Shown here: positions 1 through 12,394 of the stretch, piece by piece
Numbering within the stretch: position 1 is the stretch's first letter
How the letters are laid out: every line of letters starts with the position of its first letter
The notes under the pieces: generated by a model
The model's input: the letters and a program-made list of their open reading frames with translations, nothing else
Told to the model about the DNA's origin: nothing
Databases searched by the model: none
Translations under genes and position numbers: made by a program
Source: Octopus vulgaris
Lineage: Eukaryota
DNA: 64,000 nt
Direction of reading: 5' to 3'
Assembly: GCA_951406725.2 (NCBI GenBank)
Contig: OX597817.1
Coordinates: 111,786,001 to 111,850,000 of the forward strand

Positions 1-2451
1 AAAGCTTAAACAAACTTCCATTTTTCTGATTACTCTCCTTCCTGTTCTTAATGATGTTTTCAATTACAAACATTCAGGAGCATCCATAAGTTACACGTAA
101 GGAGAAAAAAATACAGTTTAGTTTAAAGCTGTTGACTATGGTATCTCCTACTAAAAATTAGCATAATGCCTTGTTGATTAGAGACCCATCAAAATAACTA
201 CTTTGATATATTTAGACCTATTCCTTCAACCATGAATATTTATCATATGGAAATAAAGTAAGATCAGCTTAGTAAAAATAATGATAAGGGAAAAAATATT
301 TCTTATATGTTCAAGTTGGTATAATCAATAAGCATAATCCAGAATGTTAACGATACTTGTTTTATAAGTCTTAATGAAATTTAAAATCATAAGCTTAACC
401 ATCTCTGAAATTTTCTTTTGGACTTTCTGATAAAACGTAAACCAATGGACATTTTATGAACCTGTTTTCGTATTAAATTTACTATGTTAAACATAATTTA
501 GAATAAACATATAATTTCTTTTTTAAAAAATCCCATGTAGAAGATTTATTTTATAACAATGGTAAATATAGACATATCTTTAGATTTCTGATAGTGTAGA
601 ACTAGTAAAAAATAAAATAGCTCTTGTGTCAACTTCGATCTTCCATAGTTCTCATAAACTTATCGTTAACACGTGACAGTTATTTTACCATTTGATAAGC
701 ACCTCGTAAGGTTTTCTGTCTCTTCAGGTAAGTAATGTTCCTGAAGATTTTATCTTTTTTTTACTACGATGATCAGCTTCTTGTCAAAAAGAGCGATCTA
801 TGCTGTTATGCACTCTATCGCTTCATTAAGCAAAAGCAACTAACTGATGTAAGAATATCAACTTAATGTTGTGACTTCTGTAAAACTTGTTTATCCAACA
901 CGTTTTCCACTTCATAGGAAAAGTAGAAACAACACTGTTAAAAGTTAAGAAAAGCCTTTCGTGTGTGCACCTTCACTGAATCGAAACATTTGTTTACTCA
1001 TGATCAAACACCATCGTCCATTATACGATCGCTGGTCAGTCGATTTCCCAACATTTCATTTCCACAAAACTATAGAATGTTAGCGTATTTTATCTTATAT
1101 TTTGTTGTTAGCAGTATTTTGACCCGTATATTCAGTTACCTAATGATATTTTGCTTTTGTGTTTATTGTCATTTTATTCTTTACCAATCATTTTTGTTTT
1201 TCGATACACCTCTTTATATTCTTTAGAACATGATGTTAACTTTATCTTATAAACACGTAATGTCTCCAATTATCAAATTTTTAGAATATCATCGTGTTTA
1301 TTTCCTCTATATATAAGTAACAATTTTACAAACCCCGAAGACAAGTGCCTAAGTTCGGTTTATAAAACATTGAGATAATCTCCCTCTTGGTAGGACTCGT
1401 AACTTTTCATAGCTAGTTAAACCAAGTAAAGTAAAATTTTCTGGACAAAAATATAACTGAGTGATTTCAGATCTCTATGAACCAATTATCTAAGTAAGAT
1501 TAGTGCGGTTTTCACTGGGTTACAAGGTTGCACTTCTAGAATGTACCCAAGAAAATAACGCGGACGCGCGGATTGTCGAATTTTTAAAGTACCGGGCAAC
1601 CAGACAAGAAGTTGAGTAATTCATCGCATCTTGACACTAGAAAAAACACATAACCAGTACCGCCGTCTTAAAGCATGGCACACTAGAAAAGTTGCCCGGG
1701 ACACAATTTTGATCCATGTATTTTTGTGGCTTTCGATCATTAAAGGGTCCAGTGCATTGATTTGCCCTGTGACCTATAACGCTTGTCAGACGGCCCTGCA
1801 CCTAACTCTCAAATCCCCAAAGTACATCTCTAGCTATAAATAAGTATTGTAGAGTATAAGTGTAACTTTGGGAAAAAGTTACGAGCGTTTCAATCGATTA
1901 AAATCCGGAGTTCTGCGAGGAAAGGAATGGGTTCCAAGTTTGATTTGCTCCAATCATTATTGCTGTTCTTATGACCCAAGGTAATGACAGTCATTTATTC
2001 TGTCAGATTTCAATAAATAGATAGACATTGTGGGACTAGAGCTACAAAACAACTCCTAGTTTCTTTTGTTTTTCCTCTCAAAACATGATTTCTATTCCAG
2101 TAAAATTTTTTGGAAACTTTTTGTGAGATAAATTGTAGATAGTTGAAATATATTTTAATGTTTACTATAGAAGAGCACAAAAATCTTGTTTTATCATAAT
2201 CTAAGTGGAACATTAGGAAAAGCATTGAGCTACAATGTAATTACACTTTATATATCTTTGATGTGCATATACAGCTTCTATCATTCATTTTAATTTTGCT
2301 TTGCAGGTTATATTTTTTGGAAAATGAAATTACCAGGAACTGTTCGAGATCAATTTAATTGCAATAATCTCAATGATTTCATAATAATTTTCATTGAAGT
2401 TCATCGAGAGAATTAGACCAAATGGGAATTATTTATAGTAATTTATAGGAA

Positions 2452-3678
2452 ATGTTTCTTTCACAAGAGTCTGAATCTTCAGAACCAGATACACAAGCTG
2501 AGAAAAGATTATTTCCTTGTTCAACATGTGGCAAAAGGTTTTTAAACAGAACACATTTTAACATTCATCAAAGGACACATACGGGAGAAAAGCCTTTCAG
2601 TTGCGAAACTTGTGGTAAAAGTTTTTCGCAAAAATGTCATCTAACACAACATATAAGGATTCATACAGGGGAGAGGCCATATCAGTGTGGTGCATGTGAA
2701 AAAACGTTTGTTCAAAGTTCTCACCTTAGAAACCATATTAAGTCCCATTTATTCGAATTTCCTTTTACATGTGAGATGTGTGGTAAAGGGTTTTCAGAAA
2801 AGGAGGTTTTAGATGAACATATAGAAATGCATGAAAGGGAAAAGTGGACCAAACAGAAGATACTCACAAAAAGTTCTCTAACACCTCTTATTAATACAGA
2901 GTATATGAAAGCTTGTCAAGAAGCAAACATTTTATGTTGTGACGTATGTGGGAAAGATTTTCCAACAGTTTCAAAGCTTAAAACTCATAAAAGATTCCAT
3001 GTTAAAGAGAAAAGAGTTTCTTGTGAAATATGTGGGGGGAAATTTTTTAATGGATCTGATTTAAGTATACATTTGAGAACACATACGGGAGAAAAACCAT
3101 TTCATTGTGAGGTTTGTGGGAAAAATTTTTCCCAAAGCCCTCATCTTATACAACACATACGAATACACACTGGGGAAAATCCTTTCCCCTGTGAGATATG
3201 TGGGAAAAACCTTTCTTCTAGATCACACTTAAAAATTCATAAAAGATCGCATACTGGAGAAAGGCCTTTCCATTGTCAAATTTGTGGTGATTCATTTTCA
3301 TGTAGTTCTCATTTAAGTGCACATATAAGGATTCATACTGGGGAAAAACCCTTTAAATGTGAGGTCTGTGGGAAATATTTTTCACAGAATTCTCATCTTA
3401 CACAGCACAGGAGAACACATACTGGGGAAAAGCCTTTTTCTTGTCAAATCTGTGATAAAGGATTTACTTTAAAATCTGGCTTGAAATTTCATCTCCAGAA
3501 ACATTCATGTTCAAAGACTTTTCATTGTGAATTTTGTGAGAGAAAATTTACAAATAATTTCCGTTTTATACAGCATATAAGAACACATACTAAAGAAAGG
3601 CCTTTTCTCTGTGAAATATGTGGGAAGAAATTTTCACAAAGTTGTAACCTTAAACTGCATAAAAAAACACATTCTTGA
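2452..3678 (+). CDS. C2H2 (Kruppel-type) zinc-finger protein, 408 aa, 13 fingers in a 4+9 arrangement, single coding exon
   Basis: Repeated CxxC-x12-HxxxH units with TGEKP/TGERP linkers. A splice acceptor (ttgcag|, 2306/2307) lies upstream. No KRAB/BTB/ZAD domain is visible. Confidence 0.95.
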   Translation: MFLSQESESSEPDTQAEKRLFPCSTCGKRFLNRTHFNIHQRTHTGEKPFSCETCGKSFSQKCHLTQHIRIHTGERPYQCGACEKTFVQSSHLRNHIKSHLFEFPFTCEMCGKGFSEKEVLDEHIEMHEREKWTKQKILTKSSLTPLINTEYMKACQEANILCCDVCGKDFPTVSKLKTHKRFHVKEKRVSCEICGGKFFNGSDLSIHLRTHTGEKPFHCEVCGKNFSQSPHLIQHIRIHTGENPFPCEICGKNLSSRSHLKIHKRSHTGERPFHCQICGDSFSCSSHLSAHIRIHTGEKPFKCEVCGKYFSQNSHLTQHRRTHTGEKPFSCQICDKGFTLKSGLKFHLQKHSCSKTFHCEFCERKFTNNFRFIQHIRTHTKERPFLCEICGKKFSQSCNLKLHKKTHS

Positions 3679-4045
3679 AAGACAATTTTTCTCTCTTTTT
3701 AGAAATCCATTAAATATTTCCTCTTCAAAATTTTTTTTTTTACTTCTTAAATGACAACTACATTTTTAACTAATCTTAAATTACAATGTCAAGATGGTTG
3801 TTGCACTGAATTGGAGAGAAAAGGTTGGATACAGGGTTTACAATGAGATACAATATAGATAATAAAATGATGAGAGGTAAATGCATCAGATGAGCTGAGA
3901 AGAAGATTAATGAATTAGAAAGTTCAAAAGAGCAGATATTATGGGAGAAGTAGGTTTTAGCTTGACTGAGAATTAGGAGTCTAGTACATGTGTAAGTGTA
4001 ATGAATGCATTCTCTTGGATATATGAGCAGTGTACCACTTAGGCA

Positions 4046-4940
4046 TATGTGGTCTGACAAATAAGTATCCGGACTGTTGCTATAGTAACAAAGCTAAAGC
4101 ATGGAGAGTGAAGCTGCTCAACAGAGATTGACCTTGAATTCTCCTGTGCATGTGCACCAAGTTTTAACATTCTAGCTCACTTCCACCGTTTACAGCAGTG
4201 CTTGGAAGGAAGGTGTGTAGCATGTGATCGTCGCATTGACCATGACAGAGAAATTTCTCATGGCAATACCTGCTCAAAGGCCTACACAAAGTTGCAGAAA
4301 GTGTAAGGAGAGGAGTATATGAGCTGCACACAAGTGTACAAGTGGTTCAGACATTTTCAAGAAGCAAAAAAAATGTCCATAGTGACAAACGTTCTAGGAG
4401 ACCCCCAACCAGGAGAACTGAGAAAATCATCACAAATGTGCAAGCAGCTGAGAGAAGAAATCATCAAATCACCATCCATGAGTTATCAGAGGATGTGCAG
4501 ATTAGTTACAGTTCAGTTCAGTCTATTATCACTGAAGATTTGGGTATGAGACACATGTCTGCTAAGTTTGTGCCAAAACTGCTTTCAGCTGACCAAAAAG
4601 ACACTCGCATTTCAGTTGCGTAAGATCTTGATTGTGCTGAGAACAATGGAAACATTTTGAAAATTTTGCATAGGCCTCTGAGCATGTATCACCATGCTTT
4701 TGGCAAAATTTGATGCAGATTTTCTGCTCAACTTTCACTGTCATGGTCAATGCAACAATCACACGCTACACACTTTCCTTCCAAGCACTGCTGTAAACAG
4801 TGGAAGTGAGCTAAAAAGTTAAAACTTAGTGCACATGCACAGCCAAGTACAAGGTCAATCTGTGCCAAGCGGCTTCACTTTGCTTGCTTTAGCTTCGTTT
4901 CTATGGCAACAGTCTGGATATTTATTGTTCAGACTACATA
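4046..4940. mobile_element. Non-autonomous foldback mariner (Tc1/mariner) element
   Basis: TA at both ends. Arms ~4046-4305 and ~4650-4940 are inverted copies. The middle encodes decayed mariner transposase N-terminus (QVYKWFRHFQE; ITIHELSEDVQISYSSVQSIITEDLGMRHMSAKFVPKLLS). The right arm encodes EQKICIKFC on the minus strand. Confidence 0.9.
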
Positions 4941-7648
4941 TATCTGAACCTTGTAGAGTGTTTAAATGATCTGAATTATTTGGGGGAAAAACTTTCCTTT
5001 CTTGACTATATAAGGTTTCCAGGTAGAATAATTACAGATTATTTGTTCTTTCACGAAGAAAAGTGCTATTTTTAGTCTGTAATATTCATTAGTAAGAAAA
5101 ATAGAGTTGTGGTGTGATTACTAGAGATGTCTCTTGAGATCATATAATAGGCAACAGTTAGGAATGTCTGATTTGCAAATTTAATGGGAGATTGTGTGTA
5201 TGTTTTGTCTTTCTCTCTCTCTAATGAGAGTTTAGGGCAAAATATGGTGTGCTTTCTTTAACCTAGTAATTCAGAAACATTGAAATAATAAAGGAAAATG
5301 TAATGGAAGTGACTGTGTCATATGGTTAGATGAGTTTGAAAGAAAGCTTTGTCAATGCATGATGCACTAGAAAGGATTATAAACAATGCTTCAGTTTTGA
5401 ATGCAGTCAGTATGCAGATTGCTTTGCCAGTAGATTGATCTGCTGTTAGACCTTGTGAAAGCCATTGCTCAGGTGGAAAATGATAACTTTGCCTTCATCA
5501 GAATTTAACAGAAGAGAATTTTTGTTAGTGATTTTGTAATGCAGCTTGGTTGTCACTAGGATAATTAATGTCTTCGTGAACATAAAAATGTTGGAATGAA
5601 CATCGTAGATCAGTAGTTAATTGGAGAATTAGTGTGTTTTCGGGTGCTGTGCTGAAACTTCATTTTTCAGGTAGGCTAGTGCATTGAGTCCTTACCCTAC
5701 TTTTCCTCCAGCTGTCACAATATAGATATTCTACTGGGTTGAGGCTGAGAAGATGTCTATGTCTACTCACAACTACACTGGCGTCTTAAACAATTAGCAA
5801 AAGTACTGATTTTGTATAAAGGTCCTCCTGAAGATGGTGGTTGTAGAGTTTTAGTAAGGTTTATGTTGTTGAGATATTGACTCTATTTTAATTCACTTGG
5901 CAGCTATGAGAAAAACAAATGGAATGCAAAATTGGAACATGCTGTATTCACTGAAGAAACAAGTTATTGAGTAATTTTGCATGTAGGAGAAGTGTTCTGA
6001 CGAATTTTAAAATTTGAAAGCATTTAAATTTTACTGTTTTCAGTCATAATTTGCTGGTATTAATATCAAAAAAATAGACAGGGGAATTGCAGAAGAGTCA
6101 ACTTTGTCTTTTTTTTACATGGCACAAGCACAGTTGAGGTCTGTTTAGGCAAGGTTTTTACAGCTGCATACCTTTCCAAATGCCAGCCGCTTTACAGTGT
6201 AGACTGGGTGCTTTTAAGTGGCACCTGCACTGACAGGATCACCAAGTACAGGCATACCTCACCCTACGATGTCAACTCGTTCCAGGAGACATGAATTAAC
6301 TTGTTGCTAGGCTAAACCGATAATAGCCATTCCCAGTTCTGTAGTTCATTTATGAATGCATTTTCAATAATACATGGTTAATAAAAAACTATTTTAAGCA
6401 TACAAACAAATAATTTTTATTTTTTAATACAGTAAAAAAAAAAGTAATCTAAATTTACAAATAGAATTTGGCTGTGTTTACCATATATTGCAGATGCTTT
6501 ATTTATGAATGTAGTTTGTAAAACAAAAACCTTTTTTAAGCTTAAAAAACAAATTCAGTAATTATTATTATTTTGCAATAGTAAAAAAAACCTAAATTAA
6601 TTTAAATTTACCAATATATACATACAATTTCATGATTTCCTTCACTAAGCTACACTTCTTTATGGTGTGTATCTTAACATTTACTATACGTATTTTAATA
6701 TGATTTTACATGCTTTTATTCTTATTTATTGTACAGTAACATGATTTTATGCACTAGTGATTTTACAATTCCAATATTTGTGGCGGACAGATGTAAAGTC
6801 GAGTAAAATAACTTAACTTGATTTTTATTTTTCAATATATTATTTTTGAAACCGATGTATTATTGAGAACAACTTAAGTCAAGGTATTCTTTTCTTTTAT
6901 TCTGTATGCCTGTACTTTCAAGACTAAAAAAAAATACTCTTTTGAGAGGGGAAGGGGCATTTAGTTTTTAAAATTGTTAAAATTTATTTGAGTTGCTGTA
7001 AGGATGGGATTATAGGCTGCTTCCTGAAATTAGTGGACATACTGTAGATGTGAGTGTGTAATTCTGTAAGCAGAATTTTCATAATGATAGGATATCCTGA
7101 TATTCCACTTTAAGGTCCTTCAACATTTCTATAAAATCTGTTATTCAATGTGCCTTTATATGTTAGGAAGTTAATACAGTTTGTTACAATTTTAATCACA
7201 TATTTCATTCTTAGAGAATGTGCATATTTGCATCCTACAGTCTTGCTAATTTCAGCTTTTTATCTACATGAAAAGAGGATACAAAATTTCTTAAAATATT
7301 TTAAGATGAATAGTAGAGATTACCTCTACCATTTAATCGCTACTTTGTTTTACAAGAAAGACCATCCATAGTAATTTTGATTCAGTCCCTCAGCATCACA
7401 CTTAAACAGGTGTCCTCAACTATTGCCTTTAAGCCAACTAATACCATGTGAGCAAAATAGGTAGGCAGAAACTGCATGGAAGCCTATCATTCATTCATGT
7501 ATGTATGCATATATAATACATTTGTGTGCATGTGTAAAAGTTGCTATTTTCACCTTCTGCACAAGACTGAGCAAAAAGTGTTGTATTTACATTTCCTCCT
7601 GTAGTTCTGTGCTCTAGAAAAGTGGAATTAAAATCTCCCCTACATATA

Positions 7649-8018
7649 GGCGCGGGAGTGGCTGTGTGGTAAGTAGCTTGCTAACCAACCACATGGTTCC
7701 GGGTTCAGTCCCACTGCGTGGCATCTTGGGCAAGTGTCTTCTGCTATGGCCCCGGGCCGACCAATGCCTTGTGAGTGGATTTGGTAGACGGAAACTGAAA
7801 GAGGCTGTCGTATATATGTGTGTGTCTGTGTTTGTCCCCCTAGCATTGCTTGACAACCGATGCTGGTGTGTTTACGTCCCCGTCACCTAGCGGTTTGGCA
7901 AAAGAGACCGATAGAATAAGTACTGGGCTTACAAAGAATAAGTCCTGGGGTCGATTTGCTCGACTAAAGGCGGTGCTCCAGCATGGCCGCAGTCGAATGA
8001 CTGAAACAAGTAAAAGAG
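7649..8018 (+). mobile_element. tRNA-derived SINE, family A (near full length)
   Basis: Head ggagtggctgtgtggtaag (A box) and gggttcagtccc (B-box-like), internal (TG)n, tail gactgaaacaagtaaaaga. The same sequence recurs many times in the window. Confidence 0.9.
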
Positions 8019-8613
8019 TATATATAAACAGGTAAGAATTGGAGACAGAAACAGCATCTTGACCATAAAAATACTACCTTGGATAATATCCATCCAACCT
8101 CTGCCAGCATAGAAAAGTGGACATAAAACAAACAAATGAAAGGTTAAACTAAATGAATGGAAATAACTTTTAAACATTTACGAATTTGAAACAAAAAAAT
8201 TTTCAAAATTCTAACTATTTTGGAGATTTAGTTGTGATTTCTAGCAGGCTGATTTATGCTGTAGAGGCAAGCTATTGTATTCAGATGTAAAGCTGAAGCA
8301 AAAGTTTAAAAAGTGGGTGCAGGTAAAGTAAACTAATACCATGTTTTGTTGGTAAATAAGAAATAATGAGTTCTTAGAATCTGAGAGAGAGCTCATCGAT
8401 ATCAATTCATTCCATGAAATTTTTGGAAATACCTGTTTTCTTGGATCTCAGACGTCATTGTATTTGTATCTAGCCGATGAATCACTCTTTCAAAGCAACA
8501 AACTCTTTTTTTGAAGGCTTATTGTAGCTGTTACGCTATTCACAGCCATTTTACTAAGCTTTTGAAAGGCAAATTGAAATCATTTATTGCCGATTTTATC
8601 TCAAAATACTAAT

Positions 8614-8920
8614 CTTCACTTGTTTCACTCATTTGACTGGCCATGCTAGAGCAATGCTTTTAGTCAAACAAATCAACCCCAGGACTTATTCTATCAGTTT
8701 CTTTTGCTGAACTGCTAAGTTACAAGGACGTAAACACACCAACATCGGTTGTCAAGCAATAGTGGGGAACTCATATATATACGCATATACGACGGCCTTC
8801 TTTCAGTTTCCATCTACCAAATCCACTCACAAGGCTATAGTAGAAGACAAATGCCCAAGGTGCCATGCAGTGGGGCTGAACCTGGAACCATGTGGTTGTG
8901 AAGCAAGCTTTTTACCACAC
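8614..8920 (-). mobile_element. SINE family A, decayed, reverse orientation
   Basis: Reverse complement of 7649-8018 with internal deletions. Confidence 0.8.
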
Positions 8921-9061
8921 CAGTTCTTTTTTATTAACCAAATCTTTACAAATAAGATACATCTGCTTTCTATTTACTTCTAAACAATTCAGTGAACTTT
9001 ATATAAGTATTATTGCTGGCAACTCTTTTTTTACTCTTGTTAGTAGTAGTTCTAGCATAAC

Positions 9062-9278
9062 CAACAAGCTAGTAGAATTGTTATTGTGCCATGCAAAATG
9101 CTTAGTGGCATTTCTTCCAGTTTTACGTCTGAGTTCAAATTCAACTGGGGTTGATAATGCTTTTCATCCTTTCGGGATTGATAAAATAAGTACCAGTTGA
9201 GTACTAGGGTCAATAAATTTGAAGTTGACTAACCACTGCCCACAAAATTCCAGGCCTTGTGCCTATAGTTAGAAAGAA
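9062..9278 (+). mobile_element. tRNA-derived SINE, family B, decayed
   Basis: ctgagttcaaattc...gcttttcatcctttcggg..gataaaataagtaccagtt, shared with the copies at 50770, 52846, 54805 and 59635. Confidence 0.75.
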
Positions 9279-9833
9279 TTTATATGTACTAACAAAGAAG
9301 TAGAGGTGCTTAAAATTCAATGTTTTTTTTTTTTGTTCTTGCCTCTCATTCAAAACTATATCAAAAGGTGAAATTTCCTTCCTGATTGAGAGACACGGGT
9401 CTGCCTGCAGACTCAAGTGATTCTTGGGTGACAAAAGAGAACTGAATCTAGATTTATAGAAGTGTCATTGCAAATGGAATGACAGTTTTGTGGTTTTTAT
9501 CTCCTCAGGGTTAAATCTAGATCTACTGAATAATAACGTTCTTTGTGTGCTTTGATATAATAATAATGAATGAAGGGTGTGGGAATTTCTGTTCTGCGTG
9601 GTCACGCAACCTATTGGAAATAATAACCAATCTTCCCTGAAATTACAGCCATCCGTCTTGAAAAACGAAAAGGAGACACAATAGATAATGTAGCCCTAGA
9701 TATACTCTGCCTGAAATAAAAACGGGATAACCCCCAGACGGAATGTCTTCGATTATAATTCCGTTGGGTCAGAGCTGACCAAAAAGACTGAGGAAGGAAA
9801 TCTATGTCATGTGGGGGGGGGGAGTTCTACTTG

Positions 9834-9956
9834 CACGTGTTTGTGCGTGACGTAATTCATAATTACGTTTGAAAAACGTCTTACTTATGACGAAATAAAA
9901 CATTAATGTCATTTTTTCTAATATTATTGGTAATAATATTTATTCTACAGGTAAGC
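9834..9956 (+). promoter_or_regulatory. Candidate promoter and first exon of the FAM47-like gene
   Basis: CpG-enriched patch with an E-box (cacgtg) and CRE/ATF-like sites (tgacgtaa, tgacgaaa), followed by a strong donor CAG|GTAAGC at 9950/9951. Confidence 0.35.
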
Positions 9957-10904
9957 AACTGGATGTTTAAAAAATTTCACATTTCCCTTACAAATAATTG
10001 GCGGGAGGATACAAGTTTAAAAATAAATTGCTCTCACAAATAACATTAAGTTAGCAATGCGGAATTTATTGATATTTAAACTCTGTGTTTATTTTTTATT
10101 ATTTTGAAATTCCCAATGTCTTTATCGATAAATTTTCAACGTGAATATTTAATTTAGAATAAAAGCTACATGAAAAACTTTTAAGTCCTTAAATTTCTCG
10201 TCTCGGATCGATTTTCTTAAAAATTCCTGCTCCATACTAGACGAAATATACAATTTGTTTCCAAAATATATAATACATTTCATACTGAAAACCGGGCGAC
10301 AGGAATGATTCAGTGATTTAGAAAAAAAAAATTTCTGCTTTAATTTTCATTAATGAAAATATAATACAAAAAAATTATGAACGGAATATGAAGAGCAGTA
10401 TGATGGCTCTGAATAGCGTGAAATATTGATAGGAACATTTACAAATACCATTACTGGCAACAAGAAATCTTATAAGAATATTTTTAATTTGCAATTTTAA
10501 AGTACTATCAGATCAAAGCTACATCTGAACTGACAAAAGATCCTATAGACGATCATTAGAAATGGCAGTCAAATATCCGTCAACTCACACACTACCAAGA
10601 AAAAGAAAAATTCATTTAACAATATAATCTTTGGTATTCAAAGGACAAGATATTCATGGTTAGAGCGCCTTTAATCGGGGCTGACCTGGAGATAAACAGC
10701 TACAACCTAGAAGTTCATTATAAACCTCACGCGACCCAACTCTTGACAAAATCTTCTATAATCAAAACTTGGTGAGATCGAGATTTTCGTTGTTGGTTAG
10801 CTCCAAGTCAGCACAGATTAGACAAAAATACGGTCAAATACATTCTGACTGTAACCATTCTGTTCTTTTATATATTTAAACATTATCCTTTTTTTCTTTT
10901 AGAA

Positions 10905-11057
10905 CAGTGATTCCCAACTTTTTCACAGCCAATGAGTTTTCCCATGGACCCATTTTAATATGCTTATCCGTATGTATATACATATAAATGAAATTTTATA
11001 AATTTAGTTCACAGACCCTCAGTATTACTTTTGCGGACCACAGGTTGGGAACCACTG
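10905..11057. mobile_element. hAT (Charlie-like) MITE
   Basis: TIRs cagtgattcccaac / gttgggaaccactg. 8-bp target duplication ttttagaa / ttttagac. Confidence 0.85.
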
Positions 11058-11116
11058 TTTTAGACGGACGTTTGTGAGTTGTTTTTTTGTTTTAGTTTGA
11101 ATTCTGTTTTTAATAG

Positions 11117-11241
11117 GTGCAGCGCATCGAGGCTGTTTCCAACAGAAGACGGTTTACCCCATAGATCAAAGATTGAGTTTACCAGGCTATACAAACTTAC
11201 ATTCGGAATTATTATGCGATAAATTTGAAATACTCAAGAAG
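11117..11241 (+). CDS. Candidate upstream exon of the FAM47-like gene
   Basis: ag| acceptor and |gt donor. Open frame AAHRGCFQQKTVYPIDQRLSLPGYTNLHSELLCDKFEILKK ends in phase 0, matching the phase-0 start of exon 23434. No in-frame ATG was found upstream. Confidence 0.35.
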
Positions 11242-11393
11242 GTAGCTTACTATAAAACGTGCTTTTCGTAAAAGAAAAAGATGAATAGCTACGATCCTAC
11301 AGTTTCACTTTTAAATGTCATTTTGGTCTAGACATATATAGATATTAAAAATGGGGATGGCTGGTTTATGGGATTGCCTTGGATTTCCTTTCA

Positions 11394-11609
11394 TTAACCC
11401 TCTTGTTACTATGTTTCTGCTGAGATGCTCTGTTTCTCTCAATTAATTTTAAATATAACAAAGAATTTAGTAAAATAACTTAGTTATCATTAAGCTAATG
11501 TTAGGAACATAAATTGTGACTAAGGCTTAGTGGAAGATTCTAATTCAGAACTTATGAAAACAAGACATTTGTACGACAGAGCCAGGTGGGTTGGTACCAA
11601 AAGGGTTAA
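11394..11609. mobile_element. piggyBac-type MITE
   Basis: TTAA-CCCT...AGGG-TTAA termini. A related left end starts at 63772. Confidence 0.8.
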
Positions 11610-12009
11610 AGGGTTTAGCTTAATGATGTATCGTCAAATCCCAAGGTGGGCAAGCTGGCAGAAACGTTAGCATGCCGATATATATGTGTGTGTAGAGAGA
11701 GAGAGAGCTGATTTCTCTAAGCATTTTATATGAACGCCTTACAAACTGAAAGCGAAAATGCTACAGAGATTAAAAGTTTTGGTGAAATATGAAGTACATC
11801 TTAATCACCAGCATCTTGCCAGTTGTACATCAAAGAGAAGGACAGTGATTTTTTAAAAAAAATTACCGCTTAAGCATCCGAGGGTCGGATGGTAACAATC
11901 TTAAATTGGGTGACCAATTAAGTGTGATAGTGATAGAACCTCTACAATCTACGTCAAGTACTTTGGCGTGCCGCAAGATGTAGCCAAGTGCAGCTAAACT
12001 TATAATATA

Positions 12010-12394
12010 CTAGCAGTATCGCCCGGCGTTGCTCGGGTTTGTAAGGGAAATAACTATATAAGCATTTTTAGAGAGTTATAGCCAAAATATAGCAAAAAAT
12101 ACATTAAAAATTAAAAAAAATTATGGTAAATTTATTTTTTAATCGTTGACATTTTTAGAGAGTTACTTCCCTTATATAATAGCGAAAAAATGCATTAAAA
12201 ATTGGGAAAAATTTATGGTAAATTTTTTTTTTAATCGTAGACTCATCGTAGACGCGCGTTAATACCCAGAAGGGCTCGATATGAATCACGACTATAAGAT
12301 ACCCGGTTTTGGTTAAACTGCACCGCAAAATGTGGGAGTAGTTAGGAATCTAAATCGTAGGAGACAGACACACAACTTGACTTTTATATAAAGA
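12010..12394 (-). mobile_element. Non-autonomous Helitron
   Basis: On the minus strand it starts TC and ends CTAG, with a subterminal GC hairpin (cccgagcaacgccggg), inserted between A and T. Near-identical to 25119-25577. Confidence 0.88.

Noticed and set aside
1550-1986. CpG-rich patch and donor AAG|GTAATG at 1980/1981 as ZNF exon 1
   Set aside because: Plausible, but another strong donor exists near 728 and the sequence alone cannot choose between them.
6360-6870. Weak ~30-bp inverted repeat
   Set aside because: AT-rich and imperfect, with no target duplication; insufficient to call a MITE.
7614-8177. Recurrent 60-80 aa ORFs such as MLGGQTQTH.. and ..RGILGKCLLL..
   Set aside because: Chance frames within SINE family A copies.
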